The notes under the pieces are model-generated. The model searched no databases, had not been told where the DNA came from, and saw only the letters and a list, made by a program, of their open reading frames with translations. A stretch of 55,414 nucleotides of DNA, the filler included, from Ionaspis alba (Eukaryota), in NCBI GenBank assembly GCA_964255285.1. It is 2 parts of 2 records of this genome, joined end to end, with 100 filler letters (N's around TTAATTAATTAA, not from the genome) between each part and the next. Parts side by side here need not be neighbours in the genome. Positions count along the whole stretch, not along the records: positions 27,772 to 55,414 come from CAXUUL010000135.1; 1 more part is not named here. One strand, 5' to 3'. A program made the translations under genes and the position numbers. Shown in pieces: positions 35,968 to 49,862 of the stretch (its first letter is position 1; the number at the start of each line of letters is the position of its first letter).

Positions 35968-38081
35968 TTACCGACTAAGTTTCTTTTCCCGGATGAAAAC
36001 TTGTCAATTCTGTCAGCTAGCGCCATAGCAAACGTTATAGCTGGGCTTCAACACTTACAACTGCTGGCCATAGACAATGCGACGATACCAATCATTAGCC
36101 CGAACCCGGTACGGGTAGCACTTCCATAACATTGCCTGACGACCTCCCGCACTGTAGGATCCAATGTCTTGATGTAGTCCAAACTTTGCCTCACTCTCCT
36201 CACGATCTCCTCTGCATCTTTACCGTTGCTAAGCCGATCTCGAAGCTGGTTCCGAAGTGATTGTTGTACGACTGTTGAAGACATGGAGAGTCCCACCACC
36301 GAACCTAAAGAACGGAAGAGATACGAGCAGGCTGTGGCAACTGCTTGATCCTTTGGGGCAGCATTCGAGATGAGCCCGATCAACGAGCTTGTGACACCAA
36401 TTCCATTTCCAATACCACTATCATCCAGTTAGAATATGCGATTGCGACTGGTAAGATGCTCACTGACCAAATGACCATACCAGCGCAAATGCCATAGGTA
36501 CTGTTGGAGATTAGTCCAGCAAAGAGCAAGATTGGGATCATGCCAATCGTGAGAGTTGTGTAGGCGAAGACTGTGAGCCAGTAATACTGTAGTCGAGATT
36601 AGCATATTCCGATGGAGATACGACGTTAGACCTACCTTCCCAGTTCTTTGCATGATAACACCACCCAGAAGCGATCCAGTAACACCCGCGATAATGCCAG
36701 GCAATAGTCTTACACCCGCTTGAGTAGCACTGAAGCCATCAACGGCCTGAAAGAATAAGGGAATGAAGAAAATAGCTCCCAACCATCCGCCAAAGCTGAA
36801 AAAATTGCAGAGATAGCAGGCGAACAGACTCCTGTCGAAGATGATACGCCCAGGAGCAAACGGCTCGGCAGCATACTTCTGCTCTACAAGCATGAATAAT
36901 GCAAACAAGGGAAACGAAATGCAAAGCGGAATGACAGTGATAAGAGCAGACCAGGAGACATTACTCCCTCGATCAAGCCCGAGCAACAAAGTGAAAACAG
37001 CGCAGACAAGCACGAACGCACCAGGGAAGTCAACTCTTCGGAGCTTCTCCTTCCAGTGAGAGCTCTCTATCTTGGGCAACTTAAGCGCAAAGGAAACGCT
37101 CAGGAAAGCAAGAACGCAAAGAGGAAATTGTCCTAGAAATGCCCACCGCCATCCGATGTAGTCAGCAAGAACACCACCTGCCATCCTGTCAGAATTCCAG
37201 TGATTAGACAGGGAGACACTATAAACTTACCTAGTGGAGCTCCAATACCTGCACCAGAAGCATATATGATGTTGATGATCCCCTGCCATGTGCCTCGCTC
37301 TCGCAGAGGAACAATGTCACTCATCATTATGGAGACCACGGTTGTCATGCCTCCACCGCCAATGCCCGCAAAAGCCTGGTGATCACTGTCAGTCCATTTT
37401 CCCCCATCGCTACCGAAGGGACCGCTCACTCTTGCGGCGATGAGCTCGTTCATATTCCTCGCCAGCCCACAAAAGAGGCACCCGATGCCGAAGATGGCAT
37501 ATCCAAAGAGTAGTGCTGATTTCCGCCCAAAGATATCGCTCAGCTTGCCGTAAAGTGGTTGGAAAGACGTCAAAGTCAAGAAATATCTAGCAAGTACGCA
37601 CGCAATCAGTACGTATTCATGCGCTTTAAAGTACCACAACGGGACATACGCAGTCGCTATCCACGAAGTATTATTCAAAGCTTTCAACTCGCTCCCAATC
37701 TTGCCATAGCTCGACACAATGATGGTCTGGTCGCCTGCTGAGAGAAAGATCTAGCAGTTCGGTCAGACTTCATATCGTGGAGCATTGGTCGAAGAAGAGG
37801 CTGACACCAATAGCTATAGCCGGGAGGATGTATTTAAGCTGTTTTTTCACTTCAGGCATGCCCTCGTACTGGTTCACACGTTCACTGTCTACGCCTTGCT
37901 GTCGCTCTTCATCATCGTGGTTGTCGTCCTTGATTGACCCATTGGCTTTGCCATTGGCGGAGGCTTCGTGGTGTTCGCTGCCATTAGGCAATGGGCCATT
38001 GGGGGCATCGCCGGCTTCTAGGTAGTCTGTAGCTGGTTTGGGGAGGAGCGGCGATGTCTCCGTAGGTTTGGTGTGAGTCAT
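35968..38081 (-). CDS. MFS transporter, DHA2/Vba-like (14-TM type)
   Basis: ETSPLL dileucine-type motif, [51 protein letters not shown]. Multiple introns; last exon FIREKKLSR*. Confidence 0.9.
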
Positions 38082-38580
38082 TATTGAAAAATAATACAGG
38101 TATAAGTCTAATTGCTCTTACTGTCTATACGATAGAGGAATGCAAAAACGAGATACGTTCAATGTTGTGAAGGACAATCCTCTATGTTGGAGTTCCCAGA
38201 GTTGTACAATCTACTCCGATAAGTACAAGAAAAACATGTATGACCTCAGATTACGCTGTTGACTAAGGAAACATGCGGCGCAGATCAACCGTCTGACATT
38301 AGAAGGTGCGGCTTATCGGCATGTCGGAGTCGGAGTTAAAATGCTTAACCCGTCCTCCGCCAATTGCTCGTCCTCCGCACTCAAAACGGTGAAACGACTG
38401 TGTAGAGGGAGCATACTATCAGGTTACGATTAAAGGTGTCTTCTTCAGAAGCTTTTCTAATCGATGATCGAAAAAACGTAGTCATACAATAATTCAACAC
38501 TATCGTACTATGGAAGTCTAGAAAAATTGCCTCCTCCAGTCCGTCACTATCCAACTGATCTTTCGTTCTATGCCTCCAGA

Positions 38581-40434
38581 CTATCGGCGAAGCAGGTAAT
38601 TGGTCCTCCCTGTTAACCACGCGAAAGATCCTCCGAGCCCTCCCCCTTTCGACCTGAGAGATTGCCATCGCCAAAGCCCCAATCCCACAACACCAAGAAC
38701 GCCGATTCCAAGTACTCCAGCACTCTCCAGTAACAAGCGTCCCTGCCTTTCCGCTTGTTTCTCTACCTCGCTATACCGCTCGTTGCCGAAGCTTACCCGC
38801 GTGTATTGGGTAGACCATCCTACAGATGGGATGTACTTGTTGATCGTCTCCTCTACATACTTGCGAGCACGGTATATCGGTGATGTCACAGCAGAGCTCA
38901 TTTCGTGATAGTTGCGAAGAGCAAGATCATTGATGGCGGCAGCGTCGGGAGTCCGAAAGTCCGTATATGCCGAGAGCGCTTTTTCCCGCAGGTCCTTGCT
39001 GATCGAGGAGGAAGCGGTTGCGGAAGGAGAGTAGAGGCCATATTTATCGAAGAACTCAAATAGAACACGGACATCTTCCAGTCCTGCATTCATACCTTGT
39101 CCATAGAATGGTACCATGGCGTGGGCAGCATCGCCAACAATGACGACGTTGGATTTATAGTGGTAAGGCCGGCACTTGATGCTGATGAGTGGCAGATGTG
39201 GGTTCTCGGAAAATTGTGAAATCAGCTCGGCCTTGCTGATTAGTTCCGGAGACACGCCAGGGAAGTTCTGGGCAAAGAAGGAGGGAAGATTGCTCGACAC
39301 TGACTCGGCGATCGAGTTGAAAACAGAAGCAGGGGCGAAGAGGGTACAGGTGAAGGATTTATCCAGAGAAGGAATGGCAATGAACATGAAAGAGCCACCA
39401 GGCCATATGTGAAGATGGTTTGGAGAGATGGCAAAGTCCGAATTGACAGGTGGGATATGAAACTCGCACCAAAGCGTGTCGATATACTCTTGTTGATAAT
39501 TCACCCGAGCGAATTTCATCAGGTGGTACCGAGCTGCCGAGTGTGCACCATCGGCTCCAATCATGAGATCGAAATCAACCTCAATTTCAGGATCTCGATC
39601 TTCATCCAACTTGCTCCGAGGAGGCTGAGTAGGATTCTGAGCATGGTCTGTCGTCGGCTTGTGTCTTCGTCTTTCGAACCACGCTTTGTTCTGGTTGAAG
39701 TCGGCGCCTGTCAGCTTGTGGTTGAAGTGAAAGGTGACATTTGGCATCGCTTCAAGGGAGTCCAGCAGCCGCTTGTTCAGACCTGCTCGGTCGACCGCAA
39801 GAATTGACTGGCTCTGTCAGCTTTTCGGTTTTTCGAGTGGCATCGGTCATGAGCTTACCCTTCCATGCACGTCGTATTCTTGTGAGTCTTGATATATCTC
39901 TCCTAATTTGCTCCGGCCATGAACCATTCGTCCATGCATCGATATTGTCTCTCCAAGCACAGCATCAAGGAGACCCTCACATCCTGCGTGACGCATGCCA
40001 TTGATACCACGCTCGGAGAGAGCAAGATTAATAGATTTGGTGAAATTCAAGGGAGTTGTAGACTGATCCCGTAGATCTGCGGCGCGTATGAAGATTCAGT
40101 CAGACAAATACGAGTATGTGTCTACCAGAATATTGAACACAAAATGTATCACCCAACAAACAATTTTTGAACACAGCAGCGGAGTCAAAGGTAGGAAACA
40201 AATATAACAACTATAAATGCTTATCACAGAGAAATCATGCCTAGATTCCTCGACGTAGCAGCTAGCTGACAACAAGACAAGGAAATCAGAAGATATGGAG
40301 ATTATCGACATACCGCCACGAAGTTCGTAAACATGGACATCATCACCACGATTGGCCGCATAGAGAGCGGCAAGAGCCCCAACAGGACCAGCACCGACGA
40401 CAACGACCTTCTGCTTGCCAGTCGTCTCAGCCAT
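38581..40434 (-). CDS. BNA4: Kynurenine 3-monooxygenase
   Basis: [13 protein letters not shown] motif, [48 protein letters not shown] and a C-terminal TM. Introns 40077-40313 and about 39803-39857. Confidence 0.96.
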
Positions 40435-40934
40435 GATTCTAGGAGGGTAATGTATGAAGGGGAGCTTTACCGGAAGTTTTTGGGAGCCAGATGCTTTGGC
40501 TTTAATAATCTGTTCCTAGCTCAATTTCCAACCGCGGTCCCATGATGACATTCTCGACTTTCTTAGGCTAGTAGCGTAAAGAGCTTAAATTACCAGATCT
40601 GGCTTGGCGCCGCATTTGCTCCCAGAATTGTACATATATTGTCGGCATACTGTTTTATGCATGATATCGCCAAGTCTGATATCAGTAATCCTCGATTACG
40701 GAAAGGCGTGAAGTAGGTACCTATACAGTTGAAACCTCTTGAATGGTGACTCTACCGTGATTCTTTTGTAGAAGAGACCCGACAATTTCGATTACACGGT
40801 CCGCTGAGTTACGCTTCTTCAGTCACAACCCGGATCTTGCTCTGGTCGTCGCACTGAGGCAGAAGAAACCTTTTATTTTTGAGCACTCCAGCTGCACCCA
40901 TCTCCAATTCGATCTTGGCCCCAGTAACACAACC

Positions 40935-42311
40935 ATGGCGACAACGGAGGTCGCCAAAAAACCATGTATCGGGCTTGACTGCCAAAACGAAGCAGGCTCC
41001 CTGCAGTGTCCGACATGCCTCAAGGTTGGAAAGGAAAGCTTCTTCTGCTCACAAGATTGCTTCAAGAGAAGTTGGGTAGGCTTCCTCGTGCACTCGTAGA
41101 GTACATGTCTACTAAAGCCAACAGCAGCATCTTGCTAAACTTTCTATAGGGTACCCACAAGCTAGTCCACAAAAGCAGCGGTAATCCACTCCGCAGCCTC
41201 TTCCCTCCTAAGGTTGTATCTGAACCTGATCCAGTCACCGGCCAGTACAATCCCTTCCCAAACTATCAATTTACTGGACCACTGCGACCCGTCTACCCAC
41301 TTTCGTCAAAGCGCACGCTGCCAGAGTCGATACCACGTCCCGACTACGCTGCAGATGGCATACCACGGTCCGAGCAGAAGTTCGTGGGCCGCAACAACAT
41401 CACCATCCTCGACAAGAAGCAACAAGATAGTATGCGGAAAGTCTGCAGACTGACTCGAGAAGTCCTCGACATTGCTGCCCGAGAGATCAAGCCGGGGATC
41501 ACTACTGACTACCTCGACGAAGTGGTCCACAAAGCATGCATAGAACGAAACGTAAGCTCCCATCCTCGCTTCCAGAGTCCAAGAGAGTTCTAACAACCAT
41601 CAGGCGTACCCCTCTCCCCTCAACTACGTTCATTTCCCCAAGTCCCTCTGCACCTCCGTCAACGAAGTAATCTGCCACGGTATCCCCGATCAACGCCTAC
41701 TCCAAGCGGGCGACATCCTCAACCTTGACGTAACCCTCTATCACGGCGGCTTCCATGGCGACCTCAACGAAACATACTACGTGGGAGGCGCCGCCTATGC
41801 CAGCCCGGACTCCATCCGCGTGGTCGAAACCGCCCGAGAATGCCTCGATCATGCCATTGCGATCGTGAAGCCCGGAATGCTTTTCCGCGACCCAGGCACG
41901 GTCATCGAGAAACATGCCAAATCCCGCGGATGCAGCGTCGTGAGGACGTATGTGGGGCATGGTATCAATCAGCTGTTTCATCCGGCACCGACCGTACCGC
42001 ATTATGCGAAGAATAAGGCGGTGGGTGTGGCGAAACCGGGAATATGCTTTACGATCGAGCCCATGATTAGTTTGGGGAGTTATAGGGATAAGACGTGGCC
42101 GGATGATTGGACGAGTGTGACGCAGGATGGGTCCAGGTCGGCGCAGTTTGAGCATACCCTTTTGGTCACGGAGGAGGGAGTAGAGGTGCTGACGGCAAGG
42201 TTGCCGGATTCGCCAGGTGGTCCGTTACCGATGCCTGTGGTGAACGGGGTGCCGGATGAGAAGAAAGTGGACGGTGTTAGTGAGCTGAAAGATGGGGCGA
42301 CGAAGTCATGA
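40935..42311 (+). CDS. MAP1: Methionine aminopeptidase 1 with N-terminal zinc finger
   Basis: [19 protein letters not shown] zinc finger; [39 protein letters not shown]. Introns 41076-41149 and about 41552-41603. Confidence 0.96.
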
Positions 42312-42483
42312 TATTTCGCGAGGGATAGATCAAGCGTGGGACGAAGGATACTTGTTCATGTTTTAGCTGCATGAACGATACCCTTCGACAGCATATTTGA
42401 CTAGATACGAGCTAGGCTCGTCTTTGGCCGCAAGCATAACAGTATGTACTTTGAGCACTCCAACAAGGGCATCAATCGAGCCT

Positions 42484-44549
42484 TTAGTCCCGAGCGAGCC
42501 CAAGATCCTCCTCAGCAGGGACAATACGAATGGTATTCGTGTGTCCCATACCGCCTCTCCATCCCTGAACACAGACGACCGGCTCTCCCTGGTTCAAGAC
42601 GCCGAGTTTGATTCCTTGCTCAATGCCCCACTTCAAGCGATTGTCGACATCCTCCTGCCAGTTGGTCTTGTTGAAGTCGGGTTTCGCTTTAGGGAACATG
42701 AAGGGATAGACACCACGGTAAAGGTGGGANNNNNNNNNNNNNNNNNNNNNNNNNNNNNNNNNNNNNNNNNNNNNNNNNNNNNNNNNNNNNNNNNNNNNNN
42801 NNNNNNNNNNNNNNNNNNNNNNNNNNNNNAGTCGGGTTTCGCTTTAGGGAACATGAAGGGATAGACACCACGGTAAAGGTGGGAATACTACTCTGTGTTA
42901 GCAGGGCTCCAATATGGTGGAGGACTATACTGACACGCGAAGCTGCTGGACTTCTGGTGACCATCAGGATGGGACAGACAGGTCGGTACTTGGAGATCAA
43001 GCGAGCGGATTTTCCACTATTATGTGTTAGCTTTAGTCCTCACAAAAGCTGGAGTGTTCCAACATACCTCGTGGTCAGGACAAGGATAGCGCCTGCATTG
43101 AGCTCCAGGCTGGAACTCACAGCGGCCATTGCGCAAGACTCAATAGTGTCACAAGGTCTCGGAGCAAGGCTTCGGAGCTCGTCGAAATGGCTGACGTATG
43201 GAATGGCTCTCTCAGCCAGCAGGCATGCCTCGTGCATCATTGTGACGGACTCCTTGGGGTAGTTGCCTTTCGCCGTCTCACCAGACAACATAACACAATC
43301 TGCTCCGTCTAGAACTGCATTACCAACATCACTGACCTCAGCGCGAGTGGGACGAGGGTTGTACGTCATGGACTCGAGCATTTGGGTGGCACAAATAACA
43401 GGCTTTCCAGCAACATTGCACTTCGCAATCATCATCTTCTGGGCAATAAAGACCTGCGCAGGAGGAATTTCGATGCCGAGATCACCTCGCGCAACCATGA
43501 CTCCGTCAGTCACTTTTAAGATCTCGTCAAAGTTGTTGACTCCTTGCTGGTTCTCGATCTTCGAGATGATTTGAATCTCCTTCCCGTCCTGGCCGAGGAC
43601 TTCACGGATCGCAGTGACATCGGAGGCGCGACGAATGAAGGATGCAAACACCATATCGACCTTGTTCTTGACACCGAACCGGAGGTCGTTCTTGTCCTTC
43701 TCTGAGAGCGCTGGGAGATCGACATCGGTCTTTGGAAGATTAACGCCCTTCTTTGAAGAAATCTTGCCATCGTTCATGCATTTCACATGGAGGGTCTTGT
43801 CGTCTACGACCTTGAGAACCTCGAACGAGAGCACACCATCGTCGACGTAGATAGTACGTCCAGCTTCAATCACTTTGGTGATGTTCTTGTAGTCGACGTA
43901 CCTGAAGGCCCAGTCAGTAATAGCCATTTTCTGAGGCAATGCCTCTTGCAGGTATCAACTAACATGTTCTTGTCGTCGCTTGCAGTTGCATATTTCTCAT
44001 CGGTGGTAATATTGAGCTCTGTTCCCGCAGATATTGGAATGTCCGCATCACCAGTAGTGTTACCGGTTCGTATTTCAGGTCCCTTTGTGTCCAAAGCGAC
44101 AGCTAAGGGGCGTCCTGGCATTTCCTTCTCCGCAGCCTTGGCATTGTCAACGACAGATTGATGGTACTATGCATAAAAGTCAGTCATGAACACCGCCGTA
44201 AACAAGCTATATTACCTCATAGGATCCATGAGAGAAGTTCATGCGAACGACGTTGAGACCGGCTAGAGCTGTCAACAACAACGTTTTATAGCTTCTCAAC
44301 CAGGGCTTGGCGCACCTTTGCGGAGCATATTGATCTTCTCCGCAGAATTTGTCTTGGGACCTATAAGCGTACAAAGCTTTAGCCACCACGTCTCTTGAGC
44401 TTTGAAAAGTCAAGGAATTGGAGACACACACCAATTGTGCCAATGATCGAGGTACGACGGTAGTTTTTGGCGGGGCGAAACTCGGTATCGAGGCCAGACA
44501 GCCATTCGATACGAGTGCGGGACGCCAGATGATCGAGGGAGCTGGCCAT
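42484..44549 (-). CDS. CDC19: Pyruvate kinase (PkiA/Pyk1)
   Basis: [71 protein letters not shown]. Several introns; the gap at 42730-42829 is spurious. Confidence 0.97.
42675..42884. repeat. 55-nt exact direct duplication flanking an N gap (assembly artefact)
   Basis: 42675-42729 is identical to 42830-42884. Confidence 0.9.
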
Positions 44550-44888
44550 AGTGAAGGTGTATCTCAAGCTTAGTAGAAAATCGGAAAGAGAATTCGAATA
44601 GGTGGTGGGATGTAAAGAATGTCTGAGTCGAAGGAAGAGGGATGAACACTGAAAACGTGGGAAGTCGTTGGGAGCTATTATTGCTTTTATCGATAAGCCC
44701 TATCGCTGGGCTGGGTGCCAAGTCGTCCGTTGTTGCCCGCAACGTCTCGGAGGCTACCGATCACGCGAGACAGCAAACCAGACAACAGCTTCAGCACGTT
44801 ATACAGAGCACTACGAGCCACCTTCTCCGCATCAAGACATTACTCATTTCGACTCTCACCTTGTCTTTGACTTCTCAGTGAAGTAGAG

Positions 44889-45312
44889 ATGGTGGTAATT
44901 CTCTCTCAAGCCTGAAAGGCAATAGGAACACTGACTCCCTACCAGCTCGGGCGACTGACACACTACGCTTTCGATGCCATCCTCAGTATGTCGCTGCTCA
45001 TATGATTCCGAAGTCTAAGCTAACATGGACGGTAGTTTCCGCCTTTCTTGCTGGTGTCAAGCGCTCTACAGGTCTCACGTACAGCCACCCCTTTCATTAC
45101 CTCCCTAGCTTCTCCCAGACTACCATTGAAGACACACAGACTGACGGCTTCCCTCTTCCCGGGACCTTAGCCCCAGTATGAACTCAGAAAAGATCTCTGA
45201 AAGCAAAGAACTCAAGAAATGGGTCGACAACTACCTCGGTATGGGCGAGTGGGTGATGGATCAGAGTGTTGCGATATTGAGTGCAAGTTCCTTCTTCGAG
45301 AGAAAACGATGA
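44889..45312 (+). CDS. DUF1748-like small protein (76 aa, four exons), absent from the ORF track
   Basis: Exons 44889-44894, 44946-44985, 45036-45078 and 45171-45312 give MVLGRLTHYAFDAILISAFLAGVKRSTGLTPSMNSEKISESKELKKWVDNYLGMGEWVMDQSVAILSASSFFERKR. All introns are GT..CTRAC..AG. Confidence 0.88.
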
Positions 45313-45710
45313 TTGATGGATGTTTCGTGGTCGCTGAGAGAGGAAGGAAGACGCTTTGAGCAAACAAGCGCTCTTGAGGAAACCACAAAAATGGTGGATT
45401 TCACGAAAGGATTTATTGCGCTGGTCGTTCGCATCAAGGCGTCCTGTGGCCGTTCAATTGGCGAAACGCACGCTGGTAGGGAGAAAGGGCGTGTTTTGAC
45501 TTCCCCACTTCTCGGTGTTGGAGACTGGGATAATATACATCGCCTACGAGCCTTCTTCCGTCTCCGTGTCCTCGATTACGTCCTTGCAGATCCACAATGC
45601 AATCAGCACCGTGTTCATGATGTCTTACGTCTAGGGATGCTCTCGAACTCTATGCCTATTCTATCGAAAGACCAAGATGTTCCATAGAAGTCTTCAATCC
45701 GTGACCTTTC

Positions 45711-46881
45711 TTAGTCCAGATCATCCGCCTTCGGTTCGAAGGCTTCTTCCTTCCTAGTGCTACCAGCCATTTCCTTACCCTTCTCAGCTGCCTCCTCCTT
45801 CTCGACATCCTCCTTCAGTACTAGCGCGAACACCACAACAAAGAACACATCTCCAGTGTCCTTGTTCTTCAGCACATATCTAAAATCATGCAACCGGTTT
45901 ATCAGCCAGTGGCGCAGACGAATCGACTTAGCCAAGCAATCTCTGAGCATTACAGCTTTGTAGCATCTCAAGAAGGTAATGAAGAGTTTGAACCTACCGG
46001 AGTGAATCACTTCCATCCAAGTACCCCAGCACGCTTAACGAGAACCCAGGCAGCTTCAACGCAAACTCTGTATACGCACGCCCATCAGCTTTCCTCCTAT
46101 CGAAAGTTTCTCTCTCCATCCAAGCACGTTGCCGGAAGTCTTACCATTGAAATCCAAATAAGGATTAAAGAAATCCCCTCTATAAACCCTCCCCTCATCC
46201 CACGACCATCCTTCCCTATGCTTAGCATCCAGCGCCCACTTCTTCCTCTCCTTATCACTCGTAGGCGCTCCCTTCTCCTCTCTCCACCTCACACCCTCTC
46301 CGTCCCCGCCTTCCTCAATCCCGTCCTCGTGCGCATGGGACGGAATCTCCCAACCCTCTCCTTTCTTCTCCGCCTTGTCTCCAACTCTTAGGACATTGAT
46401 GGACGATAGTAGCGGACCGTAGAGATGGGGCTTATCAGAATACACGTCTCCGTCTAGGCCGGGGTCGATGGCCCATTTCACTATTTTGAAGGCTGAGCCG
46501 AAACCTGGGGGAAGCCGATCACGGATTGGGCGGTCGAAGTCGTTGCCGAAGACTAGGGCAGAGCCGGGAACGGTGGTATGTGGGACTAGGGTAAAGGCGA
46601 TGGAATATTGGTCGTGCGTGTGGTGGGGTGTGGAAAAGTAGGGGGAAGTCTTTGGAGAGCCATGGGGAAGCCCTGTCAGGTGAAGCAATCAGAGTGTGGT
46701 AGAAAGTGACTACGGAAGGACAGTAAGTACCGCGATAGTTCTGAATGCGGACTTTGACATTGGCTGTACAGTGTTCCGAGCGGATTGAATGTGAGTTGGG
46801 ACCATTGACGGCGACGGGAGTGTGGGTGGAGGGGTCGTAGGAGGGGCCTGCGGTTACACGAAGTAGATACTTGTCCGCCAT
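45711..46881 (-). CDS. DUF1769-like conserved fungal protein
   Basis: MADKYLLRVTAGPSYDP..VRIQNYRG|LP..LVFGNDFDRPIRDRLPPGF..WAIDPGLDGDVYSDKPHLYGP..DFFNPYLDFN..RYVLKNK. Confidence 0.85.
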
Positions 46882-47081
46882 CGATGGGGAGTTCAATGTG
46901 AGAAGTTGTAAAGGAATGAAGGACTAAGAAACTTTAGTCGATGTGACGGTGAACAATAAAAATCAAGTGAAGTCTACGATCTAGGTTCCATAAAGCTAGA
47001 AGTACACGTACGTTCTATTTTTTTGAGCCCTAAGCTCGTTACGATGACGTTGCCGAATATCAACAAATGATTCCGTCACAC

Positions 47082-48219
<1,138 letters not shown>

Positions 48220-48873
48220 CGTGTCTCTGTAGGAAGGAGTGGATAGAGCGAGCAAAGAAAAGCTAGGTGTCCATATAAGTGAAATGGATGCCCAATCTGA
48301 CGGTCTTTGCCGCTGCTTTCTGCTCCCCAACCGCGTTAGACAGGGGCTCCCGGGGCTGAATCTAGGCGCTAAGTTTTGGCCTACTTAGAACCTCTCTGCC
48401 CCTTGATTTGGAGTCCACAAACGGTCTCATGGACGACGCCTATCTCCGGGGCAAGAGGGTCTCTCCCTTATTGATTTTTCCGGTTTTCTAGAAGATAAAC
48501 AAATCTTCCTGTCCGACCGACCCGGCATGGCAATCCTGCGCTCCAGTCATAAGACGGAGAGGATAAAAACTGCAAGCCAAATCATTCAAGAAACTTTCCT
48601 GCTGAATTGGTCCACGCACTCGGTTAGCGTGACCTGGATACGCAGAGTGCGAAATTAATGTACTTGGGGACGCTGGACCAAGCACGTTGACTGTTCCATT
48701 TTTAACACTGACATTTCTTCATTGGAACTGGATAACGATAAGAAGCATTATAATAATTTCTTGTCAAGTGATCAGGAGAAACACCAACTCTCAGGACCTG
48801 GATGAGTTGAGCAATCCCTATTATTGTACATCTTTTACACTGAACTTGCCCCAGTGGTCTTGCAACATGTCTG

Positions 48874-49862
48874 TCAGTACTCTTCAATATGATCCCACAT
48901 AGTAAAATTACTTTTACCCTCGTATTCCTTGAACACTGCGTTTGACAGCCGCGAAGTCATGTAACGTCCCTATTCAGGAGGTGTATTTACATCCTGCTTG
49001 CCATCCCAAAATCTTATCCTAGAATATTTGACCTGTTCCAGGTCAAAGCCCCAATGCCCCATGGCTAATTTACTGTCCTCGACATATCCCTCCGAGGAAC
49101 CCTGTCTATATATCTCCCTGGTGATCTTGACAAGTCCCTGGACATTCTCCTCGCTTTCCAAAGCCTCCCTGTCTTCCTTGGGCATATGTTTGATCTGTTT
49201 CCGAATCATCTCTTCCGTCTATTTCGGATTCTTCTCCTGCACAATGGGAACAACGAAACGATCGAATATCTTCCTAAAAGCCCAAGGATACTTCTCCCAT
49301 ATAAATAGTCTTGCACGAATAAGCAAGCTCATCCCTTCCATCCCCGCTTCCAATGGCACTACTCCAAAGCAATGCCTACAGAGCGGAGTTGCTCTCGTGG
49401 TAGCAGCTCTGCGCAAGCTAGAGCATATGCTGTGCCACCACTGACGCTGAGAATTTGATATCTGTCAAGCTTCAGATGATGAATCAGACATTGCAGACCA
49501 TTCACTCCGCCAAACACAGTACAGTTGGGATGAAACGTCGACAATCCCATCCCTGGTCTGTCAATACCAGTCCAGCGGATGTTGAGCTTCTCAGAGATTG
49601 CACGGTCGGTAGACAATAAGCACGCATCAAGGCGGGTGTCGGGAATGCCGTGGACGAAGATAAATGGATGGGCGTCGGGAGCTTTCGAACCGTACTCTGT
49701 GTAGGCTAGATGACGATTATCGGGAAATTTAAGGACCTGGCAATCGTCGGGAAGATGGTATTTGAGGTAATCTCGTGGCACATCTTCTAAGCTTGCCGCT
49801 GTGCAATTGCGTTGTGGTGTACAGAAGGGAGAATTCGCATTTCCTGCAGATAGAGACGGCAT
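48874..49862 (-). pseudogene. Alpha/beta hydrolase pseudogene
   Basis: RHLAYTEYG..FVHGIP..GIDRPGMGLS..LSVSGG. Frameshift near 49365; in-frame TAG at 49219-49221 and 48970-48972; WGFDLEQV..WDGKQDVNTP. Confidence 0.8.

Noticed and set aside
45313..45687. 124-aa plus-strand ORF
   Set aside because: Begins right after the DUF1748-like stop in a convergent 3'UTR region; no recognisable motifs.
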